Below, in pieces: positions 10,149 through 19,814 of a DNA stretch of 64,000 bases (the stretch's first letter is position 1; the number at the start of each line of letters is the position of its first letter). Location: positions 304,437 to 368,436 of the IMG/VR virus record IMGVR_UViG_3300031414_000001, one strand, 5' to 3'. Origin of the DNA: a virus. Lineage: Duplodnaviria; Heunggongvirae; Uroviricota; Caudoviricetes. A program made the position numbers and the translations under genes. Below the pieces are notes generated by a model, which ran no database searches, was not told the origin of the DNA, and worked only from the letters and a program-made list of their open reading frames with translations.

Positions 10149-10856
10149 TTAACATGAACAGGTAAAGAAGGAACCGCGATCACGGTCGTCCGTAGTACGT
10201 CCACGAACAATATCATAGTGGTTCCAGAACTCGTCTGAAACATATTCACCTTCCAGCAGTCCACCATAGCACAGGTAATCGTGATAACCTTGTACCCAAC
10301 GATCTGCGTAATCCATCAGTACATCATAGTCAATACCGAGATTGTCGGCATAGTCGTTGATCCATTGAATGGATGCTTGTTCAGTACTAGCACGTTTTTG
10401 TGCTTTCAACAGTTCAGTATTAACTGGTTCTGCTACAGTACTAACAGTGTTGTTCTGAGCCAGGCGTTTCTGAATTTCCAGCATCAGTTCTTCACTACTC
10501 AGTTCAGCAATAGATTTCTCTTTAACTGAACTTGGGAAGTCTGGATGTTCCCAAACATGAGCCAGAGAGGTAATCTGACGAGGATATACCACGAGCCAGA
10601 ATTTCTCACCTTTCTGTACTTTCTCAGTCAGGAATGGATCAACGATACCAACAGCTTTGATGTACTTGTTGAAATCTGAACCATATGCTTTACCATCTTC
10701 ACCGATACCGATGTTAGAACCAACGGTAAGATCTTCACCTGCTTCCACTGGTTCAACACCTAAGTGAATAGCATCGCGACGTTCTTCGCGAGTATGAATA
10801 GTACCGAGAGTTTCCAGAGCATCAGTTGCTACTGAACGTTTATCTTTATGAGACAT
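10149..10856 (-). CDS. hypothetical phage protein
   Basis: ORF; C-terminal FFTCSC. Confidence 0.8.
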   Translation of the reverse strand: MSHKDKRSVATDALETLGTIHTREERRDAIHLGVEPVEAGEDLTVGSNIGIGEDGKAYGSDFNKYIKAVGIVDPFLTEKVQKGEKFWLVVYPRQITSLAHVWEHPDFPSSVKEKSIAELSSEELMLEIQKRLAQNNTVSTVAEPVNTELLKAQKRASTEQASIQWINDYADNLGIDYDVLMDYADRWVQGYHDYLCYGGLLEGEYVSDEFWNHYDIVRGRTTDDRDRGSFFTCSC

Positions 10857-10859
10857 GTA

Positions 10860-11357
10860 TTACTCCGGGATCAGTTTGTTCAAATGTTTCTGAAGTACTG
10901 GACTGTTTGGCTTATTCTTAACGTAATAAGCAATAATCGCCAGGCGTAAACGTTTCTGATATTCTTCAGAAAGATTACTATTACTGTTTGACAGATAAGA
11001 GCTTACTTTATTACGCATTGCTTTATCTGTTTCCAGTACTTCAACGATTTGCGGTACTGTTTTGAAACGTAGTGAAGTTGGATTATCTTCAACCCACTGT
11101 TCGCGACGAGCCTGTTTAGCCGCATTTACACGTGCAGCGGTAGCTGCTTTACGAACTTTCCAACGTTCACGACGCAAAATACGGAACAGATCATATGACA
11201 GTTTAGCGTGTTCGCGAGTTTTGTCATTCATGTTTTGGTTGTTACTGTACAGTTTTACTTTACTTTCCAATTGAGGATCAGAAAGCATTTGGTTTGCCAG
11301 TTCTTCAATGGTGAAATTATTGATACCTGACACTAAACCGCGACGACCACCAGCCAT
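10860..11357 (-). CDS. basic hypothetical protein
   Basis: ORF with RBS. Confidence 0.75.
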   Translation of the reverse strand: MAGGRRGLVSGINNFTIEELANQMLSDPQLESKVKLYSNNQNMNDKTREHAKLSYDLFRILRRERWKVRKAATAARVNAAKQARREQWVEDNPTSLRFKTVPQIVEVLETDKAMRNKVSSYLSNSNSNLSEEYQKRLRLAIIAYYVKNKPNSPVLQKHLNKLIPE

Positions 11358-11368
11358 AATATATACCT

Positions 11369-12364
11369 TTAATCAAAGTTGATATTGTTGCGTTCAACGA
11401 TGCGACGTACTTTATCCATCATATCATTGTAACGGCGTGAAAGAGTTGCCTTAGAAGTTACGAACTTACCTTTACCATCAATATAACCAGATGTGATAAT
11501 TTCATCAAAGGTATGCATCTTATAACCATCAAGGCCGTGACATAAACCAAGTAACACACGTTCGTGTTCTTCCAGTTCATCCATGATTTCATCCATCACG
11601 GTAAGGAAGTCTTTGTTCATGACACGTTCATCAACAACGTAATCAGCACTATCAGAAGTAATCACATCTTTCAGTGTTTGTTCTGAACCTTCTTCACCGC
11701 GATTCATCGGTGTGTCAATGCTGAACGTGTTGGCGTTGTAGTTCATTATACGCTTCACTGCCCGAATGTCAATCCCTGTACCAGCAGAAATCTGCTCATT
11801 CGTTGGATAGCCAGTGTTTTCAGTCGTATAACGCTCAATGAACGCCTGAATGCGAATGTTATCGCGTGACAGGTGTTCTGGTAACGCAACCATACGAACT
11901 TCGTTGTTACCATTACGGTACATATGCTGACGAATAGTAGTTGTAGCGTAAGTACTGAAACGTGTAGTCAATTGACCGTTGTATCCGTAGATCGCTTTCA
12001 TCAATCCTTCGAAACCATATTGAACTTTATCCTGGAAAGGAATGTTACAGGTACAGTTCTTCGCTTCGTTGTAAACTAGACCGCTATTGAACAGAATGAT
12101 TTTGTTCTTCGCTTCTTCTACGTTTACACCTTCTTGAACCATTTTAACTAGTTCTTCGTTGCTGATGTATTGTTCCGCTTTAACCGCCGCTTTGAGTTTA
12201 TCCAGAGTTAGACCACCTTCAGGAACTGAATCATCTGATCCTTCGTCTTCATCATCTTCCGACAATTCCAACAGATCATTGTTTTCATCTTCGAAGCACT
12301 CATTCAGTACTTCATCTTGGATTTCTTCTAAGTTTAGTTGTTTCGGACCCACAGCAATCTCCAT
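11369..12364 (-). CDS. sigma70-family RNA polymerase sigma factor
   Basis: region 2 GFEGLMKAI..RFSTYAT..IRQ, region 3 PTNEQIS/SIDTPM, region 4 LEEHERVLL. Confidence 0.85.
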   Translation of the reverse strand: MEIAVGPKQLNLEEIQDEVLNECFEDENNDLLELSEDDEDEGSDDSVPEGGLTLDKLKAAVKAEQYISNEELVKMVQEGVNVEEAKNKIILFNSGLVYNEAKNCTCNIPFQDKVQYGFEGLMKAIYGYNGQLTTRFSTYATTTIRQHMYRNGNNEVRMVALPEHLSRDNIRIQAFIERYTTENTGYPTNEQISAGTGIDIRAVKRIMNYNANTFSIDTPMNRGEEGSEQTLKDVITSDSADYVVDERVMNKDFLTVMDEIMDELEEHERVLLGLCHGLDGYKMHTFDEIITSGYIDGKGKFVTSKATLSRRYNDMMDKVRRIVERNNINFD

Positions 12365-12394
12365 GTATATATTTTGTACGACAAATTACTTCCA

Positions 12395-12422
12395 ATAAAA
12401 AAGGCCATCAAATGATGGCCTT
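12395..12422 (-). terminator. intrinsic terminator
   Basis: AAGGCCATC-hairpin-GATGGCCTT followed by T run. Confidence 0.75.
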
Positions 12423-12439
12423 CATCTTTCTTAATATTA

Positions 12440-12589
12440 TTATGCTTCGCGAGTACGGCTAATGATAATATCGTTGCCTTTCTCACGCTTCGCAGCGGTA
12501 CGTGCTTCTTCCGGTGAACGAGCACCCTGACGAGTACTGAGAGGAACAGAACTACCTTTCTGGAAGTACTCAACAATGTATTCTTTCAT
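12440..12589 (-). CDS. small hypothetical protein (49 aa, below ORF-track cutoff)
   Basis: MKEYIVEYFQKGSSVPLSTRQGARSPEEA..., read manually. Confidence 0.65.
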   Translation of the reverse strand: MKEYIVEYFQKGSSVPLSTRQGARSPEEARTAAKREKGNDIIISRTREA

Positions 12590-12594
12590 AGTGA

Positions 12595-12816
12595 TTACTC
12601 CTTCGGTGATAAAGTGAGTTCAACGTGTAAGCCCAGGGCTTCTACACATACCAGCAGTTCATCAATGGTGAACATATAAGAACGTTCATCCAACAGATTT
12701 GAAACACGAGCCTGATGCATATCGAATTTACGGGCAAGGTCACGCTGACCTAAACACTGCTCAGCAGCTTCTACCTTAATACGATTAATCAGACGAGATT
12801 TGATTTGTTTGATCAT
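12595..12816 (-). CDS. XRE-family HTH protein
   Basis: GQRDLARKFDMHQARVSNLL...FTIDEL. Confidence 0.8.
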   Translation of the reverse strand: MIKQIKSRLINRIKVEAAEQCLGQRDLARKFDMHQARVSNLLDERSYMFTIDELLVCVEALGLHVELTLSPKE

Positions 12817-12853
12817 GATTAGTACCTTACTTAATAGTGGCTAAATTAAAAGT

Positions 12854-12967
12854 TGCCGGATTTCTCCGGCGGGTTTTGGTTTGGTAGTGACTCACCCACC
12901 GCCTCACCATCCGAAACACCTTTACCGCACTAGGGCTGACCATCTCACAGGTAGTGGGGAATCTATG
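12854..12967 (-). ncRNA. candidate small structured RNA
   Basis: own promoter (12974-13002), CCCACTACCT/AGGCGGTGGG stem, terminator-like GCCGGA/TCCGGC hairpin. Confidence 0.4.
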
Positions 12968-12973
12968 CTTTAC

Positions 12974-13002
12974 AGTATAGTCGGCTGTTCCCTGGTTGTC
13001 AA
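12974..13002 (-). promoter_or_regulatory. sigma70-type promoter (class 1)
   Basis: TTGACA-N17-TATACT. Confidence 0.8.
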
Positions 13003-13184
13003 GGACAGTTGTGAGATTATGCTACACAACGCAGAGACAACTCATTTGCTCACTATCCAACTATCTTATAATATCACAAGCATTTAGCGAATGATAGTAC
13101 TCGATGTTGGTTTGTGAATCGCTATGTGCTAGTCCTCTCCGAACAGATTATAGCACATAACTTCGCAGTACTTCAATTTTGATT

Positions 13185-14019
13185 GTGAACTTCGTTCGGG
13201 AAGTTCGACACGTGTCGCTAATCAAGCATCTCTCGAAAGAGGTCTGTACCTACGCAATACAGATAACACATGTTTGGAACACACACGGACTAGATCTACC
13301 GTACCCGCAGGAAAGTCTTCTGCTGACTTCATCAATACCTTTCGGTAAGTCGTGTTCCTACTCATATATGCGACTGGCAAACCCCTTTCGACCCATCAAT
13401 TGGCACTAAGCCCACAAAGCGAATCGAACAAGGCGTACACTTCCCGCAATGTTTACTACCGATCTTCGCAATTCCCCGCCGAAACGGGTTATTGTATATT
13501 CGAGTTCAGGTATCGACGCTATAAACAGTCATCCTCTTTATACCGGCAATCTTATCCCATTCTCGAAATTGGTTGCCCTTACTATTCAAGGGCGAAGTCA
13601 GACATGAACAGGCTTCACAGTTTCCGCCGAATCCGATTTCGGATATACTCGGCTCAACTCCACCTCGGATCTCATAGTATCCCAAGTTCATCGCAATTTG
13701 TCAGCTTTAACCCGGTACTTTTGATGGCGATTATTGCTCAATGTCGCCGTACCCAAGTTATTGCTCGCATCATTTATAAGTAAAAGGGTTGAATCAGTTA
13801 ATTACTTCATGACGGCGATCTCCTATAGTTCCGGTTCGCGGGGCGACGCTGCTCCCGCTGGGTTCTACACGGCAGTCTACACGCTGTAGTACTGCGACTT
13901 TTGCTCATTTAGAGCCGCAAATTCAAGATTATCTAGTTTCCAATTAAGTTATAGTTTATCTGTTACATCTGCGTTCAATCCTCTTTGTCAGTTATCGTCG
14001 TTTTCACGTTCACTTCAGA
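13185..14019 (-). ncRNA. candidate ~830-nt highly structured ncRNA
   Basis: strong promoter upstream, no credible ORF, GC-richer than flanks, many UUCG/GNRA hairpins. Confidence 0.7.
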
Positions 14020-14025
14020 GTCTTC

Positions 14026-14054
14026 ATAATACTATCTAGCGAATCGGCTGTCAA
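14026..14054 (-). promoter_or_regulatory. sigma70-type promoter (class 1)
   Basis: TTGACA-N17-TATTAT. Confidence 0.8.
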
Positions 14055-14325
14055 GTACTTTTTTCTATTTCTTTCAACTTTTCACCCTTAAGTACTTTAC
14101 AGTACCAGACAGTGCGAGTGTGCTTCCTGTCTTGAGGTGTCCAGTATATCACAACCACTCAGGCTGTCAAGGACTTTTTTAATCTTTTTTTTACAGAAGG
14201 TGCATCTCAGGTGATACCACTAACAAGATGATAATCAATATCATCAGTACTAATTCTTCACCCCAGGACATAATTCTTCTCACTTAATAAGGAGGGGAAA
14301 CATCCCCTCGATGTAGAACATCTTA

Positions 14326-14592
14326 TCACTTCACGGCTTTTACGTCAAGCCCCCATTTGCCACTAGCATTCGGAGCATAATGTAAAGTACTCTTTACAAT
14401 TTCTTGTAACTCAACTACTTCATGGACATAGTGAGTACTGACCAGCATGAACTTCCTGGCGTACTCTACAGCGTCCGTAGCGGTTTCGAATAGCTTAGCG
14501 TCGCTTTGTAAATTCGTGCGTACTGGAGTCGCCCAGCGGTTTTCACGAATGTACTTGTATTCAGAATCAGTTTGTACACGGATAAAGAACAT
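14326..14592 (-). CDS. hypothetical protein
   Basis: ATG 14592 after GGGGG RBS. Confidence 0.7.
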   Translation of the reverse strand: MFFIRVQTDSEYKYIRENRWATPVRTNLQSDAKLFETATDAVEYARKFMLVSTHYVHEVVELQEIVKSTLHYAPNASGKWGLDVKAVK

Positions 14593-14593
14593 G

Positions 14594-15160
14594 TTAACCC
14601 CCAACACGGAATGATTTAAATGTGCGTTCGTGATCATACATGATGTGTTCACGAATAACAACACCTTCTTCGATGTGGAATACACGTTCAGCCTTTGGCG
14701 TACTGATGGTGATTTGTTTCAGATCTTTCAGTTCTAAAGCAACTTCACCAGCGTACTTAATGAACCCGAATTTCTTACGGTTATAAGTATACGCCACTGA
14801 CTTAGGTTTAATGGTAATCTCTGTAACACCTTCTTCTTCAATGGTATTACCATCTTGATAGGTTACAATGATTTTGAAAGCACCATATCCAGATTCATCA
14901 ATTGAATCTTCATTCTGATCCGATGATGACCGAGGAATAACTTCAAAACACAAAAGTATTTCACGGTGATAGATCCCAACTTGTTGCTGTTTGCCATCGA
15001 GAATGAATTCACGAACCGCACCATCAGCATCAACTTTTGAAACAATCAACTTCTTATCACGAATAATCGCCGCAATATCAGAGTTTTGAGTATGCATTGC
15101 CCTGAACAGTTCTTTGTCTTTAAGACGAATGGAATCACCGACTTTCACTATTTCTGACAT
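14594..15160 (-). CDS. hypothetical protein
   Basis: ATG 15160 after GAGGA RBS. Confidence 0.75.
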   Translation of the reverse strand: MSEIVKVGDSIRLKDKELFRAMHTQNSDIAAIIRDKKLIVSKVDADGAVREFILDGKQQQVGIYHREILLCFEVIPRSSSDQNEDSIDESGYGAFKIIVTYQDGNTIEEEGVTEITIKPKSVAYTYNRKKFGFIKYAGEVALELKDLKQITISTPKAERVFHIEEGVVIREHIMYDHERTFKSFRVGG

Positions 15161-15212
15161 GATATTGTCCTCTAGATTAAAAAGTCCAGTACTAGTGTAC
15201 TGGACAGAAGTA

Positions 15213-15665
15213 TTACTTGAATTCAATGAACGGGCAGATCTTACGCTTCTTCGCCTTGATGAACTCAATCGTTACAGAAGGTTTATAAGTACCTTCTTCG
15301 ATCTTAACTTCGCGGCGATAGTTACTGTAAATCCGCAGACTTACGCCACCGATCAACGTGAACCAGATCAACAGTGACGCAACGATGTAACGCCAGTTGA
15401 ATTCACCTTTCGGTAGTATCCACGAATCCGGTAAGAACGAATGTAGCATTGTCATAACAAGGCCACCTACCGCATAGGTAAGGAACCAGGTTAATCCTAG
15501 AATGATGAATAGTACAACACCTACACCAACCATGATCATGAATGGTGCGAGTACCATTTGCCAGAAGAATACACACAGTGACGGCGAAGGATCAATGTCG
15601 AAGAAACCCCACGCTTTCGCTGTCATGCGATACAGGAACGAACTCTTACTTAGTGAAAGGCTCAT
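15213..15665 (-). CDS. membrane protein
   Basis: multiple TM segments. Confidence 0.75.
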   Translation of the reverse strand: MSLSLSKSSFLYRMTAKAWGFFDIDPSPSLCVFFWQMVLAPFMIMVGVGVVLFIILGLTWFLTYAVGGLVMTMLHSFLPDSWILPKGEFNWRYIVASLLIWFTLIGGVSLRIYSNYRREVKIEEGTYKPSVTIEFIKAKKRKICPFIEFK

Positions 15666-15779
15666 TACTTACCTCCCAGGATTGAGTTCACACAGTCACC
15701 CATAGTAGGAGCTTTAGTACCGAATTGATAACCACCATAGGCAGCACCAGCGGCAATGAGAGCGATTAACAGCAATGGT

Positions 15780-16493
15780 TTAAGCATCGTCTTTCTCCAG
15801 TTCAGTTATGATTGCTGACAATTCAGCATATGTTTTATTCATATGCATGATACTTTGGTAATACATTCCACCAGGCATACGAGAATTATCTACGTCTTCT
15901 TGTGTTAAGTATAACCCATTCTCTATGTAGTAGTCAAGCACAATTTGCCAGGCTTTTGCCGTACAGAGTGCCAACTCTACCAGTACTGGATCATCGGTCT
16001 TACGAACCAATGTGATAAATGAATACTCACAAATAGGATATGGAGTATGCCAGTGATCACCACCAAAACGTTTACCCTTCTCAGAAGTAGTCTTAGCAAT
16101 ACTTTCAGCCGCAACCATTTCTGGATTGAAATAGTATTCACGATCCATTAGTTTGAACTCTGGAATTGCGTATGCTGCTTTAGCATCACGAACCATCTCA
16201 AGAATACGTTCCGGTACTTCCATATCTTTGTAATCAGCTAAGTACTTATCATACTCTTTAGCCGTTTTATTATAACGGTCAGTATGATAAGCAATGGCTT
16301 TATCGAAGTCATGTACCTGGGATTCCAGTAACCCTTTCCCATCGTAGACTGGTCCACGTACTGGATCATAATCATAACCATTCCCAATTACAAGGAACAA
16401 ATGATCCAGTTGTTCAAGGGCAGTTTCTGAAATAGTATTGTATTCGTATTTCGAGAAACTTAAGTTCGTAAGAAGATTAATTAGCGATGACAT
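15780..16493 (-). CDS. hypothetical protein
   Basis: ORF. Confidence 0.75.
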   Translation of the reverse strand: MSSLINLLTNLSFSKYEYNTISETALEQLDHLFLVIGNGYDYDPVRGPVYDGKGLLESQVHDFDKAIAYHTDRYNKTAKEYDKYLADYKDMEVPERILEMVRDAKAAYAIPEFKLMDREYYFNPEMVAAESIAKTTSEKGKRFGGDHWHTPYPICEYSFITLVRKTDDPVLVELALCTAKAWQIVLDYYIENGLYLTQEDVDNSRMPGGMYYQSIMHMNKTYAELSAIITELEKDDA

Positions 16494-16494
16494 A

Positions 16495-16740
16495 TTACTC
16501 CAGTAATGTTTTCATGATCACATTCTTTTGTGAACGAACGTGAGCTTCCAGTTTAGCTTTCGCGTTAAAAGTACTATCGATCTGTTTGTACAGTTGATCG
16601 ATTTCTGATGTACGAATACCTTTGGACTCCACGAAACGATCAGTGATTTCCGAGAACATACCTTTAACACGATTGCTCATGTCAGCGATCTGTACTTCAG
16701 TGTCTTTGATGTTTTGTGCGATTTCAAGAATCTGTTCCAT
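16495..16740 (-). CDS. coiled-coil hypothetical protein
   Basis: ORF. Confidence 0.7.
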   Translation of the reverse strand: MEQILEIAQNIKDTEVQIADMSNRVKGMFSEITDRFVESKGIRTSEIDQLYKQIDSTFNAKAKLEAHVRSQKNVIMKTLLE

Positions 16741-16816
16741 TTTTCGAACTCCAGTGCTTGTTTAAGATGATACGATTATACCCGCTCACAGCCAGGCTGT
16801 CAACGGGTATTTTCGA

Positions 16817-17464
16817 TTACCAGTCAGAACTTGATGACGAGCTTGAACCGCTGTCATACGAAGAACTATCAGAACTAGATGAAGACCAAGACGAACTTGA
16901 ATCATCACTAGAACTACTCCAACGTGAAGAAGATGAACTATCATCACTCGAAGATGAACGCCATGAAGACGAGCTATCATCAGATGATGATGAACGCCAG
17001 GATGAAGTACTGTCATCTACTGAACTTGAGCGGCTAGAAGATGTATCAACATCAACCGATTTAGATTCAGTACTAACAGGTGCTTCCCAACGATCCTGAC
17101 GTTCTGTAACCCATGTATCAACCTTTTCAGTTTTTGACTCAGGGATAGAATCAATCACTGTATTAAGTTCTTCGATGGTGTTGTTATGTTCAGTAACTTC
17201 CTGAACAATATCATCCATCTGATCCATGTATACATTCGCCAGTACTACTTGAGTAACCAAATCAGGACTAGACGCAGTATCGGTTATAGAGTTACCGTAC
17301 ACTGTCGGACTAGTATAGCGACGCAGTTCAGATTCTTTGTACTTTGTGCTATTACCTACGATCTTATAGCGTTCTTGACGCAAGATGTTTTTGGTTACTG
17401 CTTCGATTGTACTGACTTCGCCAGTACTGATCACTTCAACTTCTTCACCTACATAATATGACAT
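16817..17464 (-). CDS. hypothetical protein with Ser-rich repetitive tail
   Basis: C-terminal SSWRSSSSDD repeats ending DW. Confidence 0.8.
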   Translation of the reverse strand: MSYYVGEEVEVISTGEVSTIEAVTKNILRQERYKIVGNSTKYKESELRRYTSPTVYGNSITDTASSPDLVTQVVLANVYMDQMDDIVQEVTEHNNTIEELNTVIDSIPESKTEKVDTWVTERQDRWEAPVSTESKSVDVDTSSSRSSSVDDSTSSWRSSSSDDSSSSWRSSSSDDSSSSSRWSSSSDDSSSSWSSSSSDSSSYDSGSSSSSSSDW

Positions 17465-17474
17465 ATGTCTCCTT

Positions 17475-17909
17475 TTAGGTTTTCAAAACCTGTACAGATG
17501 CTTTACGGACAATGCTATTGTGCATCATCCTGAATGTCATAATGTTGAAACCAATACCGAGTAGGCCAATACTTACCATATAATAACCGTACTGGAAAAG
17601 GATTCCTGTCATTATGAATACTACAATTTGCCAAGCAATGCTTAGCTGTTTATCGCCCAATGCGTTGTATAGAGTTACACGCATTTCGCGACAGGACTTA
17701 TCGACTTCGAATAGTAATGCCAGATGAAATGGAATTAAACACCATGACAACATAGATACTAACGCGACGATAACTGCTGTTAATGTGTACCATTGTCCTG
17801 ATAAGAACGTTGGTAGATGGAACTGAGTGGCACAGAACTTATAGAAGAAGATCGCCAGTACTGCGAATACTCCAATAAGTGAATTTTTGAGTGTACGAGA
17901 ATATGACAT
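17475..17909 (-). CDS. membrane protein
   Basis: 4 hydrophobic segments. Confidence 0.75.
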   Translation of the reverse strand: MSYSRTLKNSLIGVFAVLAIFFYKFCATQFHLPTFLSGQWYTLTAVIVALVSMLSWCLIPFHLALLFEVDKSCREMRVTLYNALGDKQLSIAWQIVVFIMTGILFQYGYYMVSIGLLGIGFNIMTFRMMHNSIVRKASVQVLKT

Positions 17910-17918
17910 GTTTGTTCC

Positions 17919-18383
17919 TTACAATAAGTCGTCTGAACGATCAAGTACTACTGGTTTACGGGCAGCGATCTTTGCTTCTTCGATTGCGTATTCAAGTGCA
18001 TACTTATTTTGGTTGTCACGATGGATGTAGTTATGAACCCAAAACATGATACAACCCATGATACACCACGGCCAGGCACTAACATAGAAACATAGTACTG
18101 CGAACAGAAGGAAGTGATATGTGTACATGAAGCTCACATGTTCAGTTCCAAATGCTTTATAGTAGTTACGTTTCTTAGTATTCTCACCATCATCACAGAT
18201 AGTTACCTGGTGGAATACGGATATTACTGTAGCACCTACGTATAAGATAACACAGGTAATCCAGTATTTGAATTCCAGAGTACTGTTAAAGAAACGGAAC
18301 TTTTCGTTAAATTCAACACCAATAACGATCAATTCCACGATAGCAGCTAAGGAAGTAAACAACAGAATATTAGAACGCTTCAT
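17919..18383 (-). CDS. membrane protein
   Basis: hydrophobic segments. Confidence 0.75.
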   Translation of the reverse strand: MKRSNILLFTSLAAIVELIVIGVEFNEKFRFFNSTLEFKYWITCVILYVGATVISVFHQVTICDDGENTKKRNYYKAFGTEHVSFMYTYHFLLFAVLCFYVSAWPWCIMGCIMFWVHNYIHRDNQNKYALEYAIEEAKIAARKPVVLDRSDDLL

Positions 18384-18426
18384 AGCATCTCCAGTTAAAA
18401 CAGGGGAACATAGTTCCCCGTTGTGG

Positions 18427-18960
18427 TTATTTTAGGGTTACGCCCCAATTCTTCGCCATTGCTTCTTTGAGATTCTTAATCTCGTCGTTGCTCAGTACTG
18501 TTTTGTCGGCTTTACGCTGGACAGGTTGTGCTACCTGAACATCAACGCCAACAGAAGTACCACGGCTTAGACCTTCCGTAACGAACTTCTGAACTGCTTT
18601 TGCGTTCATGAATTTGCCGTTAACAATGTGACCAAACGTAGTGTTACTGTTACCTGGCATTACGCCGATTTCAGAAAGAGGTACTTCAGTTTTACTAAGA
18701 ATAGCAATCTTAACAAAACCGTTCACCAGTTTATCAGCTTTCACATCACAGACAACGGCAAATGGTACACCTTCCCAATAGCAAACCCACTTGTTAAAGT
18801 TTGCGTCCTGAACCTTCAGGCAATCTTTGAAAGTATAGTACATAAAACTTTCATCAAAGATGCCGAGGAAACCACCTTCATCGGTAATGGTTTCTAACGG
18901 GATATAACCAGCACGGTTAATCATCGCTTTAGTAATTTTAGTTGCGAGTACAGATGACAT
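18427..18960 (-). CDS. hypothetical protein
   Basis: ORF with RBS, terminator downstream. Confidence 0.8.
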   Translation of the reverse strand: MSSVLATKITKAMINRAGYIPLETITDEGGFLGIFDESFMYYTFKDCLKVQDANFNKWVCYWEGVPFAVVCDVKADKLVNGFVKIAILSKTEVPLSEIGVMPGNSNTTFGHIVNGKFMNAKAVQKFVTEGLSRGTSVGVDVQVAQPVQRKADKTVLSNDEIKNLKEAMAKNWGVTLK

Positions 18961-19028
18961 AGCGGAACCTCTCGTACAGTTAATTTTGTTTACATCTTGG
19001 ATTATAGCATTTCTTGGTAATATGTCAA

Positions 19029-19511
19029 TTATATTACAGTCTTTCGCCGCTCCGCTTTATCACTATTTTCCTCTGCGATCAAATTGTTGTACACTTTTTG
19101 AGCTAAGAAAAACACTGATGGCGAAAGAATAAATGCTTCACCGTTAATACAACTACTTTGAAATTCGAAACGTACTGTTTCATTTGAATTGTCAAGTAGA
19201 CGTTCTTTCTGGATACGAAGTGATTTTTCACCATCGTTACGCCAGTCAGTACTGTAACCAACGCCAACTTTATTTTCTAAAGCTAGGGCTAGTAACTTTT
19301 CCAACTTAGAGTTAACTTCAGGAATGAACTTGTATCCATTCTTTATCTGTTTATACGTCAATGAATATGACCAGTAATAGTTCTTAATGAACTCCAGTAC
19401 TGAATCAGATACTTTGTACGCATAACGAATACGGAAATTAAATCCACCAGAAAACACACTGTACACGATACTGAAGAATATCATATACAGGTAAATGAAT
19501 AACTCCATCAT
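19029..19511 (-). CDS. membrane-anchored hypothetical protein
   Basis: N-terminal TM. Confidence 0.65.
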   Translation of the reverse strand: MMELFIYLYMIFFSIVYSVFSGGFNFRIRYAYKVSDSVLEFIKNYYWSYSLTYKQIKNGYKFIPEVNSKLEKLLALALENKVGVGYSTDWRNDGEKSLRIQKERLLDNSNETVRFEFQSSCINGEAFILSPSVFFLAQKVYNNLIAEENSDKAERRKTVI

Positions 19512-19813
19512 GGAAGCCTCCGCTTGTAAGCATCCTCGCATTTGTTAATTAAGTTATTACTGATTGCTACGTCAGTACGAACAATCTCAGAACCACTTTG
19601 GTAGTACTCAGATGTAATAGCATCAACATCTGGTTCTTGTATTTTAGAATCGAAGTACTGTTGCATATCGTAATAGTACTTCATCTTGTATACCTGAGAC
19701 ATTTTACCTGCGTACCCTGAACAGTACGCATAGTTATGTAATTCACTTGCCTTTGATTCCGGTGAAATAATCAGATACACCGCAATGATAAAAGCCAAGC
19801 TAAAGAATTTCAT
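19508..19813 (-). CDS. secreted hypothetical protein
   Basis: signal-peptide-like N-terminus. Confidence 0.7.
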   Translation of the reverse strand: MKFFSLAFIIAVYLIISPESKASELHNYAYCSGYAGKMSQVYKMKYYYDMQQYFDSKIQEPDVDAITSEYYQSGSEIVRTDVAISNNLINKCEDAYKRRLP

Positions 19814-19814
19814 T

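Noticed and set aside
13305-13325. CAGGAAAGTC resembling the RNase P GAGGAAAGUCC motif
   Set aside because: On the non-transcribed strand, and other RNase P conserved regions were not found
13352-13783. 143-aa plus-strand ORF in the large intergenic region
   Set aside because: No RBS or promoter on that strand, atypical composition; promoter and tetraloop polarity favour a minus-strand RNA
16716-17099. Plus-strand D/E-rich ORF
   Set aside because: Antisense shadow of the Ser-repeat gene; no RBS, wrong strand for the region
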